DNA of 64,000 bases from the sequence record KU935715.1. The stretch is one strand, 5' to 3'. Below are positions 50,831-61,180 of this stretch, in pieces (position 1 is the stretch's first letter; the number at the start of each line of letters is the position of its first letter). The position numbers were made by a program, and so were the translations under genes. The notes under the pieces were generated by a model, which had not been told where the DNA came from, did no database searches, and saw only the letters and a list, made by a program, of their open reading frames with translations. Origin of the DNA: Acinetobacter phage vB_AbaM_ME3.

Positions 50831-51649
50831 TTATAAGATACTATCTAACAATTCAGATGTATTTGTAGAACCATCAATGCCTTTACCCCAAGTTCCAACA
50901 TGATGAGTAACAGTATATTCACTACAACGAATTTTACTTCCATTATAATCTACAGGAACTGATACGATATTTCTTACATCAATTTCAACAAGAACAACTT
51001 GATCGCCATAACTAGCAAAACTATTTAAGTATGAAAATGCGCATGCATGTAATCCAGAAGCACAAGTCTTATTAGGATCGTGCGTTACTTTAACACGTGG
51101 CATACTACAAACTTTTCCAGGGGAGTTATCAAATGTTCCTGAGTGCTTATCTTTAAAATCTGGACGAACAACTTTCCAAGCTAATACATTACCATCAGCT
51201 GTGATTGACAGATCGTTAAATTTTAAAAACTCGTACAAACGTTCATAAGTGTCAGTATGAGAAACATCACGTAGACGCTCAATAAACTTACTCCAAGCTT
51301 CTAATGCAATTTGATTGCCTTTCTTAAAGCAATTTAATAGATGGCCTTCAAGTGCAATAGGAATATAATCCTCATCAAACTTCACACGATTGCCAGCTAT
51401 AACTAATCTTCCATTACTCCAATTAACTAAAGCTTTAGTAATAGAATGTAAGTCTTGTAATTCAGCTATTTTAGCAGCTGATAGTTCTTCAGTGTCTAAA
51501 TGTTCTAAAGCAATTCTAACAGCTTTATCAAAATTTACATGGTCTTTATGGAACATGATATTAAGAGAAGCATTAGTAAATAAAACATATTGACTACTCA
51601 AAATAATTTCTACATCTTGAGTGTCTGTGTTTTCGTAATCTGTTGTCAT
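50831..51649 (-). CDS. hypothetical protein (272 aa)
   Basis: Intact ORF; ATGA-type overlap with the downstream GHKL gene suggests co-translation. Confidence 0.3.
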   Translation of the reverse strand: MTTDYENTDTQDVEIILSSQYVLFTNASLNIMFHKDHVNFDKAVRIALEHLDTEELSAAKIAELQDLHSITKALVNWSNGRLVIAGNRVKFDEDYIPIALEGHLLNCFKKGNQIALEAWSKFIERLRDVSHTDTYERLYEFLKFNDLSITADGNVLAWKVVRPDFKDKHSGTFDNSPGKVCSMPRVKVTHDPNKTCASGLHACAFSYLNSFASYGDQVVLVEIDVRNIVSVPVDYNGSKIRCSEYTVTHHVGTWGKGIDGSTNTSELLDSIL

Positions 51650-53988
51650 TATTTTTCCTTAATGGATATATTAATATAATCTTTTAATGCAGGAGGGAGA
51701 CATGTATCTAAGAATGCCTGAACTGTAGTTTCATCTAAAGTAGAGTAAGCGGAGTCAATTAAGGACTGGTCGAGATAAGGTGATAAGTCTTCTAGTCTAA
51801 AAATCATTATTTTCAAATCAGTAGCTTGCATCCATGAAAACATAAAAGACTTATGTATATGTCTAGACGTTTCAACACTGTGCTTTACATTTGAAAGAAG
51901 ATTTTCAAATACTTCTTTTTCTAGATAAGGATGACTATTAAACATATTAGTAGCAAGTAACTTAAATAGAGTTACATTCAAACTACATGAATTCCATACA
52001 TATTGTAACGCTGTTAAGAATTTCATTTCATTAGTAAATAAAGGTTTCAAATCTAATTCTAAAGATTCATTAACTTTATAGACTTTCTTAACAACTTGAC
52101 TAGCCTTTAGTATATTTAAGAATTCTTCTTCCTTACTATCCTCTATTACATAAACATTCTCATATTTATAATGCTGCATATAACATTTAACATGTTGTGG
52201 AGGATAAGGATATTCAGTTTTTAGTCTGTAAAAAACTTCTTCAGTTTCTTCAATATAATCTAAGCCAAAAGGAATAAACTTACCATTACTATCTACTTGT
52301 TTAAAGATCTTCTTCAGTTCAGAATAAGCACTGATAGGGCTGTATTTGTAATAAGAAAAAGCTTGAGTAGTTGTAGAAGAAGCAGTAACAGTTTTATGAT
52401 TTTCAGGTCTAGTAATTTCACTAGCTCTGATTACATCTAAGTTACAAGCACTAGCAACTAAAGATAATAAGTTAAACCCTTCTTCAATTCTGTTCTTCCA
52501 CCCACAAAATAGAAATGAATTAGGTCTTAATACCTTAATAGCTTTATACTGTTCAATGTCTTTAATCCCATACAACCAACTAGAAGGAACTTTAGAATCA
52601 GCATAGATGAATAAAGTTTTCGTATTATTAGCATACCAAGAAGGTTGAAATTGAGATTGACGAGGAATAACTTTATAGTTACTAAGACTAACATCTTGAA
52701 TATGGAATAAAGACTCTACTCTATCTCGTTTAAGTGAATTAGGATCTTTATTAAATACATAACAAAGACTAAAAATATGATAGATAGAAGTATAAGTTGT
52801 TAAAGGCTTAGATAAACTATGACCTTCAAACGATTCAGTAGCAAGAAACCCTAAAGCATCTAAATCAGGAACATCTACATTATTATAAAGTACCTCATGG
52901 ATAGATTTAGGATTATATCCATGAGTCATACAAAATTTATAAAAATTATGAATATTTAAAGCTAGAGGACTAGTTTTAAAATCTTCCTCAAACATCTCTT
53001 GATACTTTTCTTGCATCTTTCCAGAAAGCACATCAAAAGCAATATCAATATAATGTTTAATTACTTCTGTATTTTCTGTAGTCTCTAATACATGTTCTCT
53101 TGTACTTGGTAACTTTAATTTACCAATAGGAATATTAATAATTAAAGTAGAATTATCATTAATAAAATGACTAATCTTTTTATGGTATAAAGCTGCACAA
53201 TCTCGTTCAGTAATTCTATAAATAACTCCACCTATAGAGATAATAGGAGATCTATAGAAGTATCGTTGAGAGTCAGAAAATAATAAAGCATTGGCAGAGC
53301 TATAAATAGTATATTCTTTTTCTTCTTCTAATTTCTTTAATTTATAATCTTCCCAAATATCATATTCAGTAGACACATCATTGATGTCTGAAAGAAACTT
53401 AGGTAATAAGGAAAAATTAAACAATTCAGTTTTGCATGCAGAAGTAATCAAATCTACGTCTTTTTCAGCAAAACTTATTGTATACTTTAATCCATTAGGT
53501 TCAGAAGTTTCTGAAGTAGATTGAATTTTAAGAACAGGAATACCTTCTTCATCTCTGTACCAGAAACATTTATACTCAATACCATCTTTATATGAAGTTA
53601 AGAAGAAAGAAGGAACTAAAGCAAATGGACTCTTTGAACCCAGCCCAAAACCTCCAATTTGATCGTTCGTTTCTCCCTTACTACTCTCATATAAAGTATT
53701 TAAGTATCGATCAATTTCTTCTCCATTCAACCCTGGTCCAAAATCCCTAAGGATAAATGTAGGATCAAATTTAGAAGGTGCTTGAATATAGTATGGATTA
53801 GTATTACCTACAGCTTGATGTGCATCAACAGCATTACAAACTAATTCCCGTACAATAGCCTTATGAGGATTTGTATAAAGATTTTCTAAAATAAATCCAA
53901 AAGATGAACCAGTTACATTAATGGTCATCTTACTCCCTGCCACTTTAGAAGTTGTTTGTAAGGAGTTAACAACAGTATCAATTATCAT
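51649..53988 (-). CDS. GHKL-superfamily ATPase, Hsp90/HtpG-like N-terminal domain (779 aa)
   Basis: Bergerat-fold motifs in order: RELVCNAVDA (ExxxNAxDA), LRDFGPGL (DxGxG) and IGGFGLGSKSPFALV (GxxGxG, aromatic spacing as in Hsp90 GQFGVGFYSAF). Confidence 0.5.
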   Translation of the reverse strand: MIIDTVVNSLQTTSKVAGSKMTINVTGSSFGFILENLYTNPHKAIVRELVCNAVDAHQAVGNTNPYYIQAPSKFDPTFILRDFGPGLNGEEIDRYLNTLYESSKGETNDQIGGFGLGSKSPFALVPSFFLTSYKDGIEYKCFWYRDEEGIPVLKIQSTSETSEPNGLKYTISFAEKDVDLITSACKTELFNFSLLPKFLSDINDVSTEYDIWEDYKLKKLEEEKEYTIYSSANALLFSDSQRYFYRSPIISIGGVIYRITERDCAALYHKKISHFINDNSTLIINIPIGKLKLPSTREHVLETTENTEVIKHYIDIAFDVLSGKMQEKYQEMFEEDFKTSPLALNIHNFYKFCMTHGYNPKSIHEVLYNNVDVPDLDALGFLATESFEGHSLSKPLTTYTSIYHIFSLCYVFNKDPNSLKRDRVESLFHIQDVSLSNYKVIPRQSQFQPSWYANNTKTLFIYADSKVPSSWLYGIKDIEQYKAIKVLRPNSFLFCGWKNRIEEGFNLLSLVASACNLDVIRASEITRPENHKTVTASSTTTQAFSYYKYSPISAYSELKKIFKQVDSNGKFIPFGLDYIEETEEVFYRLKTEYPYPPQHVKCYMQHYKYENVYVIEDSKEEEFLNILKASQVVKKVYKVNESLELDLKPLFTNEMKFLTALQYVWNSCSLNVTLFKLLATNMFNSHPYLEKEVFENLLSNVKHSVETSRHIHKSFMFSWMQATDLKIMIFRLEDLSPYLDQSLIDSAYSTLDETTVQAFLDTCLPPALKDYINISIKEK

Positions 53989-55072
53989 TTATTTCTCTAA
54001 TGTTTAATTGCAATAATGAAGAATGAGAAACTTCTTCAATAGATAAAATAGGAACAAGAAATCCTTCATCGATTTTAATATAATCTTCAGATTCCTTAAG
54101 AATAGTTAAAATTGAATATTGACTATCATACGTATCAATATTACTTAAAATTTTTCCACACTTATTAAGAAAATCTTGCACATAAACCAAAGAAATCTTT
54201 GATCCAGTTACTCGTTTAAATAATTTTAAATAAAGTAGAACTTGTTTCTTAAGTATAGGGGATAATGTATTTAAAAATGAATAATTATTAAAATCAGACA
54301 TAAATAAACACGTCACTAAATATGACTTAATTACTAAATCAGTTTCAGTTATTTCATACTTAATACCATGACTAGATAAGAAAAGAATAATTTGTTTATT
54401 AAAAGCTTCATCAAAATCATCTAATCGGTATGAAATATTTTTAGAATTCTTATTATAAAACCCACTAAGATTGACCAATGCCAGATTAATAAATCCTTTA
54501 GTTATTTTTAAATTCGGACTTAATCTGGTAGTGTAATCTTCTAAGAGTTTAGATTTAAATTCAGTAACTGATAGATTATTTTGTAAAAGATATATTTCTA
54601 TTAAACTATTATAAGCTTCGTTATCAGGAACACCACAAGAGAGATATCTAAGTAAAAACCATTCAGGAACTTTAAGTTCAGACAACAAAGAAGAATCAGC
54701 ATAAGCTATATCGTATTTACCATCATGTAAATAAGAAGATATCCTCAAAATAGGATTTACAGTTAAATCTTCTTTACTAAAAGGGATGTATAAATAATCA
54801 CCTATAGTTAAAGAAGAACCTTTAACAAAAGTATCTAAATTATCAGAAAAATCATATTGTAATTTAGCTTTAACAACTTGAGAAGGACTGAAATAAAATA
54901 CATCATAAGCAGTTAAAATAGTCCTACTATCTTTTGTGTACTTTTCAGAAGAATCTAATTCACCAGCAATACCATTTAATTCAGTATAGCATCCATACAA
55001 ACAACTATTAGCTGTTTTAAACACTAATGAATTTAAAACATAATCATCAGGCTTTTTTAAAATTGATATCAT
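53978..55072 (-). CDS. hypothetical protein (364 aa)
   Basis: Intact ORF overlapping the GHKL gene start. Confidence 0.3.
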   Translation of the reverse strand: MISILKKPDDYVLNSLVFKTANSCLYGCYTELNGIAGELDSSEKYTKDSRTILTAYDVFYFSPSQVVKAKLQYDFSDNLDTFVKGSSLTIGDYLYIPFSKEDLTVNPILRISSYLHDGKYDIAYADSSLLSELKVPEWFLLRYLSCGVPDNEAYNSLIEIYLLQNNLSVTEFKSKLLEDYTTRLSPNLKITKGFINLALVNLSGFYNKNSKNISYRLDDFDEAFNKQIILFLSSHGIKYEITETDLVIKSYLVTCLFMSDFNNYSFLNTLSPILKKQVLLYLKLFKRVTGSKISLVYVQDFLNKCGKILSNIDTYDSQYSILTILKESEDYIKIDEGFLVPILSIEEVSHSSLLQLNIREINDN

Positions 55073-55083
55073 TATATTTCCCT

Positions 55084-56214
55084 TTATGTTGATGGAACAA
55101 AGACACCATCTTTAAATTGACCTTCTCGAATTTCCAATCCAACAGGAAATGCTAAATTGTCATAAGCAGTTTTAGTTTGATACTGAACAGTTAACCATTT
55201 TCCAATTACAGACTTTTTATCTTTTAATAAGGCTTCATTAACTTTTTTACTACCCTTCTTACGAACTGAACATGTTTGCCCATTTCTTAAGTCAACAATA
55301 AATATTGGTTGACCAGGTTCATTAGGAGACTCTTCAATATCTGTAATTTGATACTCTTCATCAAACATCTCTTTGTACTTCAATAGCCCTAATGAACGTT
55401 CATTAAACTCGTACAGAGAGTCTCCTGCTCTAAGCATAAGACCTTCATACTTTGCTAACACCCATTCTGAAAATTTATTTTTCATAGTTGTAATAGTATC
55501 TAATTGCTCTGTAAGGACACCTTTAATAGGAGAGGTACTATCACTAAAGTAGGTATCAATCATTCCTCTGATAAGCTCTAAACGCTCAGTATAAGGTAAT
55601 TCATCTCCACCTTCTTTAGGAATGTAGTCATACATATGAAATTGAATATCTTTCTCTGAAAATACCCTAGCACCAGTTACTTCATCTAAGATAAATCTAT
55701 CACTATCAGAGTTAACAATAGACTCAATATTGACAAAAGGGATATTAGGATTAAATAACTCACCATCTAAGATATCTCCTACATTTAATAAAGGCTTTAC
55801 AATCTTAGCAATATGCTCAAAAGGTGTAAAAAATTTGTTAGTTCGAGAAATAAAAGCAACTGTACCATCATCAAGTAAAGTGATAAAACATCTAATACCG
55901 TCTAATTTAGGTTGCCCATAATAGACTTTAGAAAATGTTTCACCATCCTCTTCTAAAGAGAGTGTATGTTTTTTATCTTGGTACTTATGTGCAAGCATTG
56001 CAGTACGTGGTTTAGAATATTCAGAAAGACTTTTAAAATAACCTTTCTCTTCTAGTTGAGATCTATACAGATATGAAATATCTAAATCAGCTTGTTCTTG
56101 AATAGTGGTTTCATTCTTTTTACCCTTATTCTTACCAGATTTAACAAAGCGTTCTTTAGTTTGAATCTTGCCTCCGCTCTTGACCATATTCAACTTTAAT
56201 AGTGATATATCCAT
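55084..56214 (-). CDS. ATP-dependent DNA ligase
   Basis: Motif I PKLDGIRC (KxDGxR); motif IV YEGLMLR; motif V GLLKYK. Confidence 0.75.
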   Translation of the reverse strand: MDISLLKLNMVKSGGKIQTKERFVKSGKNKGKKNETTIQEQADLDISYLYRSQLEEKGYFKSLSEYSKPRTAMLAHKYQDKKHTLSLEEDGETFSKVYYGQPKLDGIRCFITLLDDGTVAFISRTNKFFTPFEHIAKIVKPLLNVGDILDGELFNPNIPFVNIESIVNSDSDRFILDEVTGARVFSEKDIQFHMYDYIPKEGGDELPYTERLELIRGMIDTYFSDSTSPIKGVLTEQLDTITTMKNKFSEWVLAKYEGLMLRAGDSLYEFNERSLGLLKYKEMFDEEYQITDIEESPNEPGQPIFIVDLRNGQTCSVRKKGSKKVNEALLKDKKSVIGKWLTVQYQTKTAYDNLAFPVGLEIREGQFKDGVFVPST

Positions 56215-56298
56215 CAGTATTTAATACATAGTCAGTAGAAGCTTTCCAAACTAAAGTCTTTCCTGCTTTGTTTTTTGAATATAGTGTAGTTCCATTCA

Positions 56299-56913
56299 TT
56301 AGGAGGTAGCCTTCAATCGTTCATAATTACTTAAAATCTTTCTTAAGTTACTAGTATATAAATATCTATGTTCTTTAATATAGAAATTTTTCAATACTGA
56401 TAACATTGAGTTAATACATTCAGGAATTAACTCTTTTAATTCTGCCTTACTATGGTTTAATTGTCTAAACTTAAAAGTAAAAGTAGAATCATCTACTACT
56501 CCAAACAATCCATTACGAACTTCATAAGGATTATGTAGAAGTATAATATCTTTAAAAATTTGAAAATCACTTTCTGAAATTACATCATTCGAAATATACT
56601 CTTCCTCAGACATAAGAAACATACTAGCTTTATAATATTTAGCAATATTAAAAGTTCTAGTATCTTTTAAAAATTCTTCAAGTGTTTCTATATTTATAGA
56701 GCTACTCTTATTAGAGAGAGTTTCTATAAAAAGATTGTTAAAAAACAAAGCAAAAAATACAGCTTGTTTATTTTTAATCTTGTCATTATATACTAAAAAT
56801 GTACATAATAAATTTTGCATATAATTCCAATCAGCCCAAGTCTTACCGACTATCAAGACCATGTTGGTAATATATGAATAAATCCTTCCATAAAGATTTA
56901 TATTCCTGATCAT
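56299..56913 (-). CDS. hypothetical protein (204 aa)
   Basis: Intact ORF. Confidence 0.3.
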   Translation of the reverse strand: MIRNINLYGRIYSYITNMVLIVGKTWADWNYMQNLLCTFLVYNDKIKNKQAVFFALFFNNLFIETLSNKSSSINIETLEEFLKDTRTFNIAKYYKASMFLMSEEEYISNDVISESDFQIFKDIILLHNPYEVRNGLFGVVDDSTFTFKFRQLNHSKAELKELIPECINSMLSVLKNFYIKEHRYLYTSNLRKILSNYERLKATS

Positions 56914-57003
56914 CTAAATCGTAGAATACAAAGTCTTTAAGGTTATTAAACCAAAGGTTTTCTTTCATTTAAAAATTCTTTAAAACATTAATTTTAAAGT
57001 GTG

Positions 57004-57510
57004 TTATTTAGCATCATGACTGTCTAAAATAGGTTGCAAATCAACGGATTTATATGATGGTGGTTTAATTACCTTTCCATCCGCTCGTTTAATTACTTTT
57101 CCTGTAATAGGATCAACCTTAGTTAAATTATTACTATGTACAGCTTGGAAAGCTTCTTCTTGAGGAAGGTTTAACCAAACACTTGTACCACTATTAATAT
57201 AGTCTTGATCTACAATAGCATCTAATACAGCTAAACGATCGATATCTAAACTTTCTTTTTCTAATTTATCAATATTGTGTTGAAGAATACCAAACAATGG
57301 TGCAAATACAACTTTATATGTTTCATTCTCTAAGAATGCTTCAAACATTTCTTCAAGTTCTTCTAAAATTAATTTTAAACGAAGGCGAGAATTTTTAACA
57401 TCTAATTCTGATAAATTAGAAACATCTACTTTAGGAGCTTCTGGAGACCATTGTTCCATCAACACCATAAAGTCAGCTACTAAATCTTTATGACTTTTAT
57501 TTAAAGACAA
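57004..57510 (-). CDS. possible MazG-like all-alpha NTP pyrophosphohydrolase (168 aa)
   Basis: LKLILEELEEMFEAF resembles the MazG/dUTPase-like EExxE metal-binding helix; weak. Confidence 0.25.
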   Translation of the reverse strand: MSLNKSHKDLVADFMVLMEQWSPEAPKVDVSNLSELDVKNSRLRLKLILEELEEMFEAFLENETYKVVFAPLFGILQHNIDKLEKESLDIDRLAVLDAIVDQDYINSGTSVWLNLPQEEAFQAVHSNNLTKVDPITGKVIKRADGKVIKPPSYKSVDLQPILDSHDAK

Positions 57511-57523
57511 TTTTTAATTCCTT

Positions 57524-57566
57524 ATAAAATAAAAGCTGAGTTATTTAGACTCAGCTTTTATATATT
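57524..57566. terminator. strong bidirectional rho-independent terminator downstream of the HU-like gene
   Basis: Perfect 11-bp stem aaaagctgagt / actcagctttt with a 7-nt loop, flanked by T-runs on both strands. Confidence 0.65.
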
Positions 57567-57575
57567 AAATATTAA

Positions 57576-57860
57576 TTAAACAGTTGCTTTAACACGTTCT
57601 TTAAGTGCAGCAGCAGCTTTGAACGATACTTTCTTAGTAGCTGGAACTTCAAGAGATTCACCAGTAGCTGGATGACGTACAGTTTTAGCTGCTACATCTT
57701 TAATACTAAATGAACCAAAACCAGCAAGTTTAACTTCACCTTCAGCAACAGTAGTAGCAATAATAGTTTCTAGTACTTGACGTACATTAGCTTCAGCTGC
57801 TTTCTTAGTGATACCTTGAGCTGCTGCAATTGAATCAACGATAGTTTGTAAATTAGCCAT
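57576..57860 (-). CDS. HU/IHF-family histone-like DNA-binding protein
   Basis: 94 aa. MANLQTIVDSIA...GFGSFSIKDVAAKTVRHPATGESLEVPATKKVSFKAAAALKERV aligns along its full length with bacterial HU (GFGTF..K.RAAR.GRNP.TG..I.I). Confidence 0.8.
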   Translation of the reverse strand: MANLQTIVDSIAAAQGITKKAAEANVRQVLETIIATTVAEGEVKLAGFGSFSIKDVAAKTVRHPATGESLEVPATKKVSFKAAAALKERVKATV

Positions 57861-57890
57861 TTATAATTTTCCTTAAATTTTAATTAATAT

Positions 57891-59142
57891 TTATTTATGT
57901 GATCTACTTAATCTGTAGTCTATACTTTCTTGTATAGAATTATGTTGAAGACATATATCACAATTATTACATTTTTCTGGAACTTGATTAAAAAATTCCA
58001 ACATCTTTTCTCTCCTACATTGAGAAGAGTTCTCACAAAATAATGAGAAAGATTTTATTGTTTTTATTGTATTACTTAGACGAACAGGGTCTTTTATGCT
58101 TTTTCTCGAAAGAAAAATTTTAAAATCTACATCATTTCCGTCATATAATAAATAAGCCTCGGAAGGGACCCCATCCCTGCTAATACGACCAGACTCTTGC
58201 ATATAAGCCTCCATATTAGTAGGAACATCAGAATGAATACAATAACGTATATCACTCTTATCTATTCCCATTCCAAAAGCAATAGTAGCGACTATAAGAT
58301 TTAGTTCACCACTAAGATATTGATCAAGAATTAATTGTTTTTTCTTCTTAGGTAATCCAGCATGAAAAGCCTCACAATTAATCCCTTTAGACTTTAACCA
58401 AATTGCTATTTGTTCAGTCTTATCTCTTGTACCTGCATAAATAATACCATAAGTTTCCTTAGGATATGATTTAATAATTTGGTACATTTGAGAATTTAAA
58501 TTCGTCTTATAAAAAATATTATATTGAATTGAAGGTCTATCAATATTATGAATAAATTTATTAACATTCTTCATATTTAAAGTTGATATAACTTCTTCAA
58601 TTCCTTTAGTATCTAAAGTTGCAGTAAGAGCAATAATAGGAACATCCCAAAGGGATTTTAATTTACTTAACTGTTTATATTTAGGTCTAAAGGAGTTGCC
58701 CCAATTACTTAATACATGTGATTCGTCAATAGCTATAAAAGATACATTTAAAGATTCTTTTACAAGTTGTTGGACTTCATCGTTAAGTAATGTTTCTGGC
58801 GCAATATATAATAATTTAATATTTCCGTTCTTTAATTTTCTCTTTATTTAATCTTGTCTGCTTAACGCCGAAGATCAGAATTAAGAGTTGTAACAGAGAT
58901 ACCAAGTTCCTCTAATCTATTCATCTGATCATACATCAAAGCAATTAGAGGACTAATGACAATAGCTGTTCCTTCACTACATAAAGCTGCTAATTGATAG
59001 ATAATACTTTTTCCGTAGTCCAGTACCAGCTAATACAAAAGTATCATTACCGCTCCAATACAGATGTTATAGCTTCTTTTTGCATTCCTTTGAAAGAATC
59101 ATAACCCCAGTACTGCTTAAGCGTATCACTTAATAAAGTCAT
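57891..59142 (-). pseudogene. RecQ-family helicase gene, N-terminal third broken into four frames by single-nt insertions
   Basis: Fragments in order: MTLLSDTLKQYWGYDSFKGMQKEAITSVLER*; [11 protein letters not shown]; [53 protein letters not shown]; then IKRKLKNGNIKLLYIAPE...IAIDESHVLSNWGNSFRPKY... and the intact ORF 57891..58574 (helicase C domain QESGRISRDG, Zn-binding Cys). Deleting one C at each of about 59052, 59015, 58870 and 58827 restores a continuous RecQ. Confidence 0.7.
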
Positions 59143-59548
59143 TATGAATATATAGTCCGTCTGTTAAACCATATCCTGCTACCTGTGCATCCTTACTAAT
59201 CGAAATTAATGTCGGATAATTTCTAATAGAATCAAAAGGATTATTTGGTTTAGAAATAGGAGAAGGAATATTAGGTAAATTTTTAATTTTCTCTAAATAC
59301 TCTTTTAACACTTTACTAGTGTCTTCTTTAGGATTAGATTTTTCTTCCACTTGGATAACTTCAGTTTCCTTAGCTTCACAACAATCTTCTGTTTCAGCAT
59401 GATAGATTACTTTATAGAAAAGATCTTTTTCATAATCAGATAAAGCTTCATAAGCTGTAATTGCAGCTGTTAAATAGTTAGTACTCATTTTATTCTCATT
59501 CAATAATTTCAAATTTTTTAAGAACTGATTTAACATCAATCCTATCAT
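59126..59548 (-). CDS. hypothetical protein (140 aa)
   Basis: Intact ORF. Confidence 0.3.
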   Translation of the reverse strand: MIGLMLNQFLKNLKLLNENKMSTNYLTAAITAYEALSDYEKDLFYKVIYHAETEDCCEAKETEVIQVEEKSNPKEDTSKVLKEYLEKIKNLPNIPSPISKPNNPFDSIRNYPTLISISKDAQVAGYGLTDGLYIHNDFIK

Positions 59549-60486
59549 TATCCCAACGTTTCATATGTACTACATCAGCATAAACTTGTAAGATATCAAC
59601 CCATGTTCCTTCATGTGTGTCACCTTTCCAATCAGTCCATTCAGTGCAATCACCAAATTCTTCTTTATAAAACTTAGCTACTAGTTCCCAAGCTTCTTTA
59701 TCAGTAGTGATACCTTCAAAGCTTTGATAAAACTTTAGATCAGAAACTTTCTTAACGAAAGGATGGTATGTATCAACTTTATCACCACATACAACTTGAT
59801 AATAAAACCAACATCTTCCTTTACCATCTACACTATAAGTTTTCTTATCTGAAGCAGAAGTTTTAACTTTTAATTCTAAAGACCCAAAACCAGAACAATC
59901 CTTAATTTCTAATTTTCTGGGATTAAATAAAAAGCCAGGAGTTTGTTTAGCATCTTTATCTTCAGTACAAACAATATAAGATTGATCTTCTCTACCTTTA
60001 TACTGATACATACTAATAATATCATCAGCTTCCATATCTACAGATTCTTCATAAGGAAGAATAGATCTTAATAAAGCTCTAACTTCAGATAGATGTGGAG
60101 GCCTATAACTTCCTTCCCTATCTTTATATTTAGAATGAAGAAGAGCTAAACGATCTCTAAAGTTAGTTTTTCCACCAATAGCTATTAGAACACAATCAGT
60201 TCCTGATTCTCTTTTTAATTTATTGGCTTTTCCTAACATTACACCTTTAGCAGTGTCTTGCCATTTTTCAATAACTCGTTTTTCTTTAATTACTTCAATA
60301 GTACTTTCATCAATATTTAAAGATTCAAGTTTTTTGTTAAATGCTTTTTCTGTTGTAGTACAGAATAGTTCTTGTCCGTGACTGTTTATCAATTGCCACT
60401 AAATGAGGAATATGTGTTAAACATGCACCTACAAAAGCTAACCAATCACCATCTATGACAAGTGTTTTTACTTTATTTTTTATCAT
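59496..60486 (-). CDS. 5'-3' exonuclease (T7 gp6 / FEN family), N-terminal 43 codons in another frame
   Basis: VDMEADDIIS and IVCTEDKD motifs match the gp6 EGDDV and CDKD motifs. An upstream ATG at about 60486 encodes MIKNKVKTLVIDGDWLAFVGA... (gp6 ILVMDGDWLVF), joined to the annotated ORF by deleting one C at about 60378. Confidence 0.7.
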
Positions 60487-61180
60487 TCACTTTCTGCTTC
60501 ATAAAGTCATTAATACAAATAATAGAAAGCTTCATACCAAATACAGCACCAGTGTCTAAATAAGTCGTATTACCAAGAGTAACAATATCCTGTATTGGAG
60601 TATGTCCTAAAAACACATGATCGATATCTTTAATAGTAGAATCTATACTTTTAGTAATTCTAGTTCTACTCCATAAAGAATCCATAACTGAGTATTTATC
60701 ACCTTGTTGAATTGACTCTGCTAAACTATCCCAACTATCTCTAATGTTGGCATGAACAACACCAATACGTTTTCCATCTACTACAGTTTCTAAAAGTATA
60801 GGAAGAGACTTAGCTAACATTACACAAGATTCTTTAGCATCTAAAGGTAAATCAACAAACCATTGACCGCCATTCATACAATGATGATTTGCACTATTAA
60901 GATTCTCTTGTGTTTGATCATGATAAAAAGGAAGAGCATCGATCATCATCTGTTCATGATTACCACGAACAGAATAGAACCATTTCTCTTTAATTAAAGA
61001 TAAAGTTTCTAAATCTTTAGTACCTCTATCAACTAAGTCACCAACACTTAACAGACGATCTTTATTAAAATCAAAACCAATCCTAGATAACTCTTGAATA
61101 AGGAGATCATAACATCCATGTATGTCTCCAACTGTATAATCTTTTCCTATTAAATTAGGAGGGAGTTTTTGTATTAACAT
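60473..61180 (-). CDS. Ser/Thr protein phosphatase (lambda-PPase/ApaH-like metallophosphoesterase)
   Basis: GDIHGCYD, GDLVDRG and RGNHE motifs. Confidence 0.8.
   Translation of the reverse strand: MLIQKLPPNLIGKDYTVGDIHGCYDLLIQELSRIGFDFNKDRLLSVGDLVDRGTKDLETLSLIKEKWFYSVRGNHEQMMIDALPFYHDQTQENLNSANHHCMNGGQWFVDLPLDAKESCVMLAKSLPILLETVVDGKRIGVVHANIRDSWDSLAESIQQGDKYSVMDSLWSRTRITKSIDSTIKDIDHVFLGHTPIQDIVTLGNTTYLDTGAVFGMKLSIICINDFMKQKVNDKK

Noticed and set aside
35602-55921. Plus-strand short ORFs inside the minus-strand block (35602..35787, 39179..39376, 43086..43289, 51390..51593, 55730..55921)
   Set aside because: They are antisense to intact replication genes (SbcD, DNA polymerase intein region, the HNH/Hint junction, the 272-aa ORF and the ligase); no independent support.
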